From an uncultured archaeon (GTDB taxonomy: Archaea; Asgardarchaeota; Heimdallarchaeia; Heimdallarchaeales; Heimdallarchaeaceae): a stretch of DNA of 34,700 bases. The DNA is taken from NCBI GenBank assembly GCA_964549075.1, contig CAZJUB010000007.1, positions 4,214 to 38,913 of the forward strand. The letters run 5' to 3'. The position numbers and the translations under genes are program-made. Below the pieces are notes generated by a model. It saw only the letters and a list, made by a program, of their open reading frames with translations, searched no databases and was not told the DNA's origin. Shown one piece after another: positions 27,059 through 34,700 of the stretch; the first letter of the stretch is position 1, and each line of letters starts with the position of its first letter.

Positions 27059-28201
27059 ATGAACCTCGCTAATCAAGTTGTTTATTTCTCAGATAGAGAA
27101 CAAACATTTGAATCCATGATACTCTATATGGACTTAGATGCCTTTTTTGCATCAGTTGAAATAAGAGAGAATCCGAAATTAGCGGGAAAACCTTTAGTTG
27201 TAGGTGGAAATCCTAAAACAAAGCGAGGAGTCGTTAGTACTTGTTCATATGAAGCTAGAGAGTTTGGAATTCATTCAGGAATGCCAATTAATCAAGCGTT
27301 GAAACTATGTCCACATTTAACCATGGTAAGAGGTTCATACAATCTTTATGGAGAAGTATCAAAACGCATAATGAAAATTCTAGAGCATTATTCTCCAATT
27401 ATGAAAATAGCAGGTAATGATGAAGCTTATTTGGATTTAACCAATGTTGTTGCAGATTATGATGAAGCAAAAAAATTAGCAATGGAGTTAAAAGACGATA
27501 TTTATGCTAGTGAAGGTTTAACTTGTTCCATAGGTGTTGCTCCTAATAGAATTTTAGCAAAAATTGCGTCAGATTCAGATAAACCTGATGGATTAGTTGT
27601 TGTAAAACCTCTAGAAATTGCTGAATTTCTTGCTCCCTTAAAAATATCTATTATTCCTGGAGTTGGTAAAAAAAGTTCTGAGATTTTTGCTAAAGAGAAC
27701 ATCAAATTGTGCAGAGATCTTGCTGTAATTCCACATCAACTTGCTTATCAAAAATTCGGTAAATATGGACTTAAGACTTGGAAGTTGGTAAACGGATATA
27801 ATACTGAAAACACTGAAGAAAAATTTGTGAAACATGAACGAAAGTCAATCAGTGAAGAACGTACATTTTTTGAGAGATATAGTTCTTGGGAAGAAATTTG
27901 GCATAAAATTGACTCTTCAATTGATACCATAATAACAAGACTTACAATGAAAAATATGAGTTTTAAAACAATTACTCTAAAAATCCGTTTCAAGAATTTT
28001 GAGACTTATACTCGAGCACATTCTCTTACCAGTTATAATACAGCTCCTAAACATGTTAGAATTGTGGTTAAAAAACTTCTTGAGGAATTTGAAAATATGA
28101 AACCTGAGGATATCAGATTAGTAGGTGTGAAAATCTCTAATTTAAGAAAAATAGATGACAACCAAAAAACTTTATCACAATTTTTTAATAAGATGGATTA
28201 G
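27059..28201 (+). CDS. dinB: Y-family DNA polymerase IV (DinB/Dpo4) with C-terminal PIP box
   Basis: MDLDAFFASVE, STCSYEAREFG, DEAYLD, CSIGVAPNRILAKIASD.DKPDG, IPGVGKKS and little finger ...IRLVGV; terminal QKTLSQFF. Start is ATG 27059 or 27116. Confidence 0.95.
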   Translation: MNLANQVVYFSDREQTFESMILYMDLDAFFASVEIRENPKLAGKPLVVGGNPKTKRGVVSTCSYEAREFGIHSGMPINQALKLCPHLTMVRGSYNLYGEVSKRIMKILEHYSPIMKIAGNDEAYLDLTNVVADYDEAKKLAMELKDDIYASEGLTCSIGVAPNRILAKIASDSDKPDGLVVVKPLEIAEFLAPLKISIIPGVGKKSSEIFAKENIKLCRDLAVIPHQLAYQKFGKYGLKTWKLVNGYNTENTEEKFVKHERKSISEERTFFERYSSWEEIWHKIDSSIDTIITRLTMKNMSFKTITLKIRFKNFETYTRAHSLTSYNTAPKHVRIVVKKLLEEFENMKPEDIRLVGVKISNLRKIDDNQKTLSQFFNKMD

Positions 28202-28226
28202 TTGGTAATTGAGAAAGGAGCTCGTA

Positions 28227-29570
28227 ATGTCTAGCGAAATTCCCGATTGGTTTGTATTAAAAGATCCAGGAGACATTACAGTAGATGCTACTAGTTGGAA
28301 TCGTTATGCGAATGCCAGATTACAACGCTTAATTGACGAAGATGTATGGAGTATTTCTAAACCTTCATGGATGAATGATGAAGAATGGTATCAAACCAAA
28401 GTAGAAGAAATTGGTGGTCATATATTATTAAGATTAGCAGTTTCTAAAGATCCTAGGTTAACTTCATGGTTGGTTGAAGTAGAAGGAGATCTCTTTGAAT
28501 TCCGTTTTATGAGCAGTCCGAGTTTTGAACAAAAGGTCTGTGTGTTAAAGGAGCTCTATGATGAAGAAAATGTAAAAACTATAGAAGAGCTTGATCAGTT
28601 GTTTAAAATAAATTTATATCGACTTTTCAATTTGGCAGATGTTCCAGTTAAAACTAAAAGACAACCAAAGAGTAAATATGGAACTCTTATCAAAGATCTA
28701 GATCGCAGGATTGCAGTCAAATTTTATAAAATTCCTTCTGTAGTTTCAGCAAAAAAAGTTTTACTTTACAAAGGTTGGGGTATTGTAAGATTAGCTGATA
28801 TTAGGTTGGCTGTTAAAAGAGAATTCGAGCGACAATTAAAAATAGTGATAGAAAAATCAAAGAAGATTGTAGAGTCAAATAAAAATCTTGATGATACTAT
28901 CAAGCCTATAAGAGACAAAATTACCGAAATAGCTAGACAAACCAAATTAACAAGTGATTTATCAAGCTTAGGAATTGGAGAAGGAGAAGATATTTTCTCT
29001 AAACCAGAACTATTTCCTCCTTGTATTTTGGAACTAATCAGTATATTGAAATCCAGAGGTCACTTATCTCACATTGAAAATTGGCAACTTGGCACATTCC
29101 TTAAGAAAGCTGGAATGTCTATTGAAGACCAGCAAAGATTTTGGTATAATAATTCAGTAGATAATGTTGGGGTGTCATTTGAAGAATTTGTACGAAGAGT
29201 AGGTTATCAAATAAAACACATTTACGGAGAAGTTGGAGGTGGTATAGATTACAGTCCTCCTAGTTGTAAAACCTGTATAAATGGATACTTTTGTTATTGG
29301 GCTCATAAAAAACTTGAAGATATTTCTGATGACATCAGAATAAGAATGAGAGATAGGAATCAAGAGGTGGTTGAGAGAACAATTGAAGACATCTCTAAAC
29401 TAATTATTAATCAACGTTTTCAAGCTGCATGTGGAAGATATTTTACACTCTTAACTGGTTGGAAAAAAGAAAGTATCTCACACATGTTAAGTTACACTAC
29501 TCAAGCTTACAGATGGTATTCATCTAGAAAGCAGAAGAAGGAAGCGCAGGAGGAGAAAAAAGATGAGTAG
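28227..29570 (+). CDS. priL: DNA primase large subunit (eukaryote-like Fe-S C-terminal domain)
   Basis: HILLRLA...EGDLFEFRF; FPPCI; HLSH...LGTFLK; YQIKHIYG...DYSPPSC; FCYW; FQAACGRYF. SD AAGGAG precedes ATG 28227. Confidence 0.92.
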   Translation: MSSEIPDWFVLKDPGDITVDATSWNRYANARLQRLIDEDVWSISKPSWMNDEEWYQTKVEEIGGHILLRLAVSKDPRLTSWLVEVEGDLFEFRFMSSPSFEQKVCVLKELYDEENVKTIEELDQLFKINLYRLFNLADVPVKTKRQPKSKYGTLIKDLDRRIAVKFYKIPSVVSAKKVLLYKGWGIVRLADIRLAVKREFERQLKIVIEKSKKIVESNKNLDDTIKPIRDKITEIARQTKLTSDLSSLGIGEGEDIFSKPELFPPCILELISILKSRGHLSHIENWQLGTFLKKAGMSIEDQQRFWYNNSVDNVGVSFEEFVRRVGYQIKHIYGEVGGGIDYSPPSCKTCINGYFCYWAHKKLEDISDDIRIRMRDRNQEVVERTIEDISKLIINQRFQAACGRYFTLLTGWKKESISHMLSYTTQAYRWYSSRKQKKEAQEEKKDE

Positions 29571-30540
29571 AGAACTTACTGATGAGATTCTATCAAGATA
29601 TTATGATGAAAAATTTCCTATGGATTACTTCATGTCTTTCATCGGTTTATCAAATTTTCAGAATAGGGAATTTGGTTTTGTTGTAGGGGAAAATAGATTT
29701 GTGAGGAATATATCTTTCTCCAACACAGGAGAATTAAAGAATTTTATGGTTCAAAATAGTGTAAGACATGCTTATGTTGGAGCTGTTTATGATAAACCTC
29801 CATCAAAAAATAATCCAATTCAGAAAATCAAATGGCAATCGAGAGAATTTATCTATGATATAGATATTGATGAATATGATTTGGTTCGAACTTGTGGTTG
29901 CCATGGAGATGTCTATTGTAAAGATTGCTGGTCTCTTGTTCAAGAAGCAGCTCTTTTTATTGATGAAACTATGAAAGAGGATTTTGGTTTTAAAGAAGTT
30001 ATTTGGTTTTTCTCTGGGAGAAGAGGAGTCCATGGTTGGGTAATGGATAAAATAACAAAAGATTTTGATCAATCTCAACGCGTAGCAATTCTTAATTATC
30101 TCACGTTCATCCATGACGAGAAACGAACACAATCCATAGAAGAAATCCCAAATGAAGCAAAACCACTTAGGAATAGAATCTATGCATTAGTTGCAAAAGC
30201 TTTTTTGGATAGAGCTACACCTGACAATCTCAAAGAAATAGGTATGTCAGCTAGAAAAGCAAATGAGATTGTAAGTAGGATAAAGACTATTGAAAACTTC
30301 GATCATAATCAATACAATATTTTAATTCCTAATGATACTGTCATCAGAAATAAACTCTCGGAAGAATTCATTTTAAGAAGATATCCTAGAATTGATAGAA
30401 AAGTTACAATGGATACAAGAAGAGTAAGTAGGATGCCCTATTCAATTCATGGTAAAACGGGACAAATAGCTATAGAAATTAAAAACATAGAAAAATTTTA
30501 CCCTGATTCAGCACCTACAGTATGGGATACGATGATATAA
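29563..30540 (+). CDS. priS: DNA primase small (catalytic) subunit
   Basis: NREFGF; REFIYDIDIDEYD (motif I); Zn site RTCGC...CKDCW; FSGRRGVHGW (motif II); PRIDRKVT..RRVSRMPYSIHGKTG (motif III). Overlaps priL by 8 bp. Confidence 0.96.
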   Translation: MSRELTDEILSRYYDEKFPMDYFMSFIGLSNFQNREFGFVVGENRFVRNISFSNTGELKNFMVQNSVRHAYVGAVYDKPPSKNNPIQKIKWQSREFIYDIDIDEYDLVRTCGCHGDVYCKDCWSLVQEAALFIDETMKEDFGFKEVIWFFSGRRGVHGWVMDKITKDFDQSQRVAILNYLTFIHDEKRTQSIEEIPNEAKPLRNRIYALVAKAFLDRATPDNLKEIGMSARKANEIVSRIKTIENFDHNQYNILIPNDTVIRNKLSEEFILRRYPRIDRKVTMDTRRVSRMPYSIHGKTGQIAIEIKNIEKFYPDSAPTVWDTMI

Positions 30541-30552
30541 AAAGTTGTAGGG

Positions 30553-31740
30553 TTAAAAATCAGCGTATAAGAACGGTGCTTTTTTGGGAAAAAGTGTTTC
30601 AAATTTCTCTTTTGCTTCTGAAGATAATTTTCCCCAACCTTTGAATTCAAAATCATCAAGATTATAACATCCATAAACAATAGCTGACAATCCTTGAATA
30701 GTTAATTCGCAATCAAATTGTTCTGCCTCTGTAACCTTCAGAACACCACCTTCACTTTTTAGATTGAAAGTTCTATTATTCCAATCACAATATTCATCCA
30801 CAATTTTTACAGAGATATTACCAGAACCAACATTTAATCCATTCATTTTTTCAACTTGTATAATTCGACCCATACATGAAGGAACCCATTCTCTGTTTAT
30901 TATTTTCCCTTTCTCTCCCCAGAATGTGTCGTTTACCCATGTTTCTGGATGTTCATTAGGTTTTATATTCATCAAGTGTATTTCATGTACTTGATCTGCA
31001 TGAATTGCAAGGAATTGTAATAATAGATACTTTCCTAAAGAATTACTATAAAAGAAGTCTCTAACTTTGATTTCCTTCCAGAAACCAGTGATACGAAAAG
31101 TCATTACACCAATTACATTGTTATCAGATTTAGCAACAGCAACCCATTCTCTTGCAGTTTCTTTATATCTTATAATCTCTGTTGTATGTTTTATCCCCAT
31201 ACCATGGATAGAATTTTGGAGCTCTTTGATATATTTCTCAAATAATTCAAAACCTTCATCAAAAGTATATCGTTCAACAGTACCAGGTAATTCTTTATCG
31301 AGAAGTCCAGTAATTTGCTTAGGAGAGAATATGGCTGTTCTAATCTGTGGAAAGCTAATATATCCAAATTTCTCGTAATATGATTCTTTGAAAGGCCAAA
31401 GAGTCGAAAATACATAGTTTTTTTCCTTCATGTGTTCAAATGATTTTATCATAAGTTTCTTAGAATATCCTTTTCTTCTTGCTTCTGGTTCTGTAGCAAC
31501 GTTCTGAAGTCCACACATAGCCTTTATTACTCCACGGACATTCTGAGGTATTGGTTTGCAGATAATAGCTGAAACTGGTTTTCCATTTTCATATAATATA
31601 AATGATGTATCATCTTTGAAGTACGATTTCAACTTCGTAAGACTCTCAACATCACCAGGAGTAGGGTAAAATGCGTAGAAAGCCATCTTAATTGCTTCAT
31701 CATTTTGACCATCGGTCTCTTTGATTTCGATTTTGTCCAT
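30553..31740 (-). CDS. Eis-family GNAT acetyltransferase (two GNAT domains plus SCP2-like domain)
   Basis: VATEPEARRKGYSKKLM acetyl-CoA motif; STLWPFKESYYEKFGY; MGRII; VDEYCDWNN; C-terminal ..ADF. Confidence 0.88.
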   Translation of the reverse strand: MDKIEIKETDGQNDEAIKMAFYAFYPTPGDVESLTKLKSYFKDDTSFILYENGKPVSAIICKPIPQNVRGVIKAMCGLQNVATEPEARRKGYSKKLMIKSFEHMKEKNYVFSTLWPFKESYYEKFGYISFPQIRTAIFSPKQITGLLDKELPGTVERYTFDEGFELFEKYIKELQNSIHGMGIKHTTEIIRYKETAREWVAVAKSDNNVIGVMTFRITGFWKEIKVRDFFYSNSLGKYLLLQFLAIHADQVHEIHLMNIKPNEHPETWVNDTFWGEKGKIINREWVPSCMGRIIQVEKMNGLNVGSGNISVKIVDEYCDWNNRTFNLKSEGGVLKVTEAEQFDCELTIQGLSAIVYGCYNLDDFEFKGWGKLSSEAKEKFETLFPKKAPFLYADF

Positions 31741-31802
31741 AAGAGCATTCAGAATTGAACTCTTAAAAGATTATTGCAAAGGAATTAGTTTTGGTTGAAC
31801 AG

Positions 31803-31815
31803 ATTTTTATATTTT
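31803..31815 (+). promoter_or_regulatory. Putative TATA box of alaS
   Basis: ATTTTTATATTTT lies about 30 bp upstream of ATG 31843, in the divergent eis/alaS intergenic region. Confidence 0.3.
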
Positions 31816-31842
31816 ATAGTTTCATTTGCTTTTAGAATTATT

Positions 31843-34602
31843 ATGTCAATTTCCAAAGACGAGCTTGAGAAGAACTTCAAAAAAGAGAATTATGAAGTAG
31901 AACTTTTCAAAGAAAGAGGCTATATTCGAAAACAATGTCCTATCTGTAAACACAACTTTTGGACATTAGTACCTGATTCAGAAACTTGTGGTGATACTCG
32001 TTGTTCTGGAGGATACAAGTTCCTAAATAAAAAGGGAAAAAACTTGGATTTTGATCAGACAATTAGAAGTTTAACAAATTTCTTTGTAAAAAATGGGCAT
32101 ACTGCAATAAAGGATTACCCAGTTGTTTCAAGATGGAGAGCTGATATGGATTTTACAATTGCGTCTATAGCAGATTTTCAGCCTTGGGTTTTGGAAGGGG
32201 TAATTGATCCCCCTGCAAATCCACTCGTTGTTCCACAAATGTGTATTAGAACTGGTGGAGAATTTTCAGATATTGATAATATAGGTAAAACAGCTCGTCA
32301 CTTAACCAGTTTTGTTATGTTTGGACAACATGCATTTAATTCTCCAACTCTTACAACTGGTTATTGGATGGATAGATGCATAGAATTGAACTTCAAATAT
32401 TTAACTGAAGAACTAGATCTTAAACCAGTAGATATTAACTATGTAGAAGGTATATGGTCAGGGGGAGGTAATTTCGGGCCGAATCTTGAAGCTATGGCAT
32501 TTGGTACAGAATTAGTTAATAACGTATTCATTGCTTATGGATTTACGAATGGTAAAGTAAAGAAACTAGATATGCAAGTGATAGATGTAGGTTGGGGTTT
32601 AGAACGTACATCTTGGTTTAGCCAAGGAACACCTACTATCTATGATGCAATATTTCCCAAAGCAATAGATTATCTAAAAAAAGAAAATGATTATACTATC
32701 GAACAAAGTTTACTTCTAGAATATAGCAGACTTTCAGGTTTACTAGCAGTTGAAGAAGTAAAAGATTTGAAAGATGAAAGAATAAGTCTTGCCAAGAAAC
32801 TTGGAATGTCATATGACGAGATGATTGAAAAGATAGGACCACTTGAATCAATGTATGCAATAGCTGATCATGCAAGAACTCTATCCATGACAATTGCTGA
32901 TGGCGCAATCCCTTCGAATGTTGGAGGAGGATATAATCTGCGAGTCCTTCTACGTAGAATCATTGCTCTTAAGGAATTATTTAAACTGCAATTTTCACTT
33001 TCTGAATTATTTGATTTGCAGATTAATCACTTATCTGTATCTTATCCTAGAGTCGGTGAGCATCGAAATCAAATCCACAAAATAATTGATCTTGAAGTAA
33101 AAAGATATGAAGAAACAAAAATTTCTGGAAGAAGAATTGTAAATCAACTCCTTGAAAAGAGTCAGGAAATTGATTTCAATACACTCGTTGATTTGTACCA
33201 AAACAATGGGATTAATCCTCTCATGATAAAAGAACTTGCAAAAGAGAAAAAGGTTGAAGTTGAGGTTCCAGATGATTTTTATATAAAATTGGAAGAATAC
33301 CTCTCTAAACAAATAAAGAAAGAAGAACCTGAAGAATCAAAATTACCTAAAATAGACAAAGACTTAGTTACTATTCCATTATACTATGCTGATGTTTATC
33401 AAACTAAATTTACTGCAAAAGTTTTAGATGTAGTAGATGACTATAATCTAATCTTAGATCAAACTCTCTTTTATCCGACTGGAGGAGGACAAATTCATGA
33501 TACTGGAAAAATTATTTTTAAGGAAAAAGAATATACTGTTATTGATGTTTTTCGTGTTGGATCGACGATAGTTCATAGACTGAAAGAAAAATGCGATTTA
33601 CCTATAGGAACAGAGATTAAGGGTGAAATTGATGGTAAAAGAAGATTAGCGATTATGCGCCATCATACAGCTGTTCATGTTGTAAATAACGCTGCAAAGA
33701 AGGTTCTTGGAGATCACATTTGGCAAGCAGGAGCAGACAAAACACCAGAAAAAGCTCGTTTAGATGTTACTCATTTTCAAGCAATTTCCTTTGAAGAACT
33801 TCAGAAAATTGAAAAATTAGCTAATAAGGTTGTCTTTGAGAATCGAAAAATTGAGAAGGAAGATCGTGAAAGAGATGAAGCTGAGAAGGATTATGGTTTT
33901 CAAATCTACCAAGGAGGAGTAGTGCCTGGAAAGATCCTTCATATAGTTACAGTTGATTCATGGGACACAGAAGCATGTGGTGGAACTCATCTTGATAACA
34001 CTGGAGATATAGGAATCATAAAACTTATTGGAAGTGAAAGAATACAAGATGGAATTGTCAGGTTAGAAATTCTAGCTGGAGAACCTGCACTTAACTATAT
34101 TCAAAATCAAGAGAAGATTCTAAAGGAATCTGCACAAATTTTAAGTGTAGAACCAAAGATACTACCTAAAACAATTAGAAGATTTTTCAATGAATGGAAA
34201 GAACAAAAGAAGACAATAGAATCACTGAATAAAAAGATTGCAAGAATCCAATATTCTTCAAAAAAAGTGGAAACTAAGAAAATAAAATCAACAGATGTTA
34301 TTGTAAAAAAAATATCTGGTAATCAGAAAGAACTAATAGTACAAGCATCAACAGCTGTTCAAAATTTTGATGATGGGATTTGTATTCTTATTTCATCTGA
34401 AGATGATAAAATAACAATTGTGGGGTGTAAAAGCAAGCAATCAAGAGCAGATATTGTTAATATTGTAAAGGAACTATCTCTTATTGTGGGAGGTTCTGGT
34501 GGAGGAAAAGGGGATTTGGCATTAGGTGGAGGACCTAATATCAAAAAAATAGATGATGTAATGTCACAAGTTTATTCCATAATAGAATCAAATATAGGAT
34601 GA
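31843..34602 (+). CDS. alaS: Alanine--tRNA ligase (archaeal type)
   Basis: N-terminal Cys motif CPICKHNFWT..CGD; FTIASIADFQP; WSGGGNFGP; DVGWGLER; IADHART; editing motifs HHTAVH and EACGGTH; C-Ala GGSGGGK. ATG 31843 is preferred over TTG 31795. Confidence 0.98.
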   Translation: MSISKDELEKNFKKENYEVELFKERGYIRKQCPICKHNFWTLVPDSETCGDTRCSGGYKFLNKKGKNLDFDQTIRSLTNFFVKNGHTAIKDYPVVSRWRADMDFTIASIADFQPWVLEGVIDPPANPLVVPQMCIRTGGEFSDIDNIGKTARHLTSFVMFGQHAFNSPTLTTGYWMDRCIELNFKYLTEELDLKPVDINYVEGIWSGGGNFGPNLEAMAFGTELVNNVFIAYGFTNGKVKKLDMQVIDVGWGLERTSWFSQGTPTIYDAIFPKAIDYLKKENDYTIEQSLLLEYSRLSGLLAVEEVKDLKDERISLAKKLGMSYDEMIEKIGPLESMYAIADHARTLSMTIADGAIPSNVGGGYNLRVLLRRIIALKELFKLQFSLSELFDLQINHLSVSYPRVGEHRNQIHKIIDLEVKRYEETKISGRRIVNQLLEKSQEIDFNTLVDLYQNNGINPLMIKELAKEKKVEVEVPDDFYIKLEEYLSKQIKKEEPEESKLPKIDKDLVTIPLYYADVYQTKFTAKVLDVVDDYNLILDQTLFYPTGGGQIHDTGKIIFKEKEYTVIDVFRVGSTIVHRLKEKCDLPIGTEIKGEIDGKRRLAIMRHHTAVHVVNNAAKKVLGDHIWQAGADKTPEKARLDVTHFQAISFEELQKIEKLANKVVFENRKIEKEDRERDEAEKDYGFQIYQGGVVPGKILHIVTVDSWDTEACGGTHLDNTGDIGIIKLIGSERIQDGIVRLEILAGEPALNYIQNQEKILKESAQILSVEPKILPKTIRRFFNEWKEQKKTIESLNKKIARIQYSSKKVETKKIKSTDVIVKKISGNQKELIVQASTAVQNFDDGICILISSEDDKITIVGCKSKQSRADIVNIVKELSLIVGGSGGGKGDLALGGGPNIKKIDDVMSQVYSIIESNIG

Positions 34603-34700
34603 GTACAAGTCTGATTACACACTAGTACCTACACATTTTATTTTTCCACATTTTTCCTTTTCAACGTTGATTGAGATAATGAACGAATCTCTATTGGTAC

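Noticed and set aside
928-34544. Many short antisense or alternate-frame ORFs in the track (e.g. 2313-2762, 4601-4915, 8199-8594, 22286-22549, 29803-30132, 31067-31378)
   Set aside because: They lie inside or opposite well-supported genes, have shadow-ORF composition (Ser/Ile/Phe-rich) and show no motifs.
1-34700. CRISPR arrays, tRNA/rRNA genes, IS elements, integrases
   Set aside because: No regularly spaced repeats, GC-rich structured islands, transposase or recombinase motifs were seen, and intergenic gaps are short and AT-rich.
34603-34700. Possible 3' end of a minus-strand gene (VPIEIRSLSQSTLKRKNVEK* ending at 34638, or an alternative frame)
   Set aside because: Too short to choose a frame or assign a product.

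Overview
AT-rich (roughly 30% GC by eye), gene-dense archaeal chromosomal segment with about 30 protein-coding genes. I saw no rRNA, tRNA, CRISPR array or transposase. Archaeal-type AlaRS, ArgRS, Cgi121, AMP phosphorylase and a COG1107 RecJ-like protein, together with two Roadblock proteins and a longin-like protein, point to an Asgard archaeon, possibly Heimdallarchaeia (inference). Main highlights: (1) a tightly linked dinB-priL-priS run whose primase subunits, especially PriL, align motif by motif with eukaryotic PRIM2/PRIM1; (2) a membrane-anchored subtilase with site-1 protease (SKI-1/S1P)-like architecture; (3) a minus-strand TPR - PD-(D/E)XK nuclease with PIP-like tail - longin/roadblock - Roadblock - DUF5752-like - RecJ-like cluster with no small GTPase; (4) a thioredoxin + DICT-like fusion; (5) a 48-aa zinc-ribbon microprotein missed by the ORF track, next to a second Cys-rich microprotein. 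All family calls come from motif recognition by eye, and comparator sequences are recalled from memory, not from database searches.
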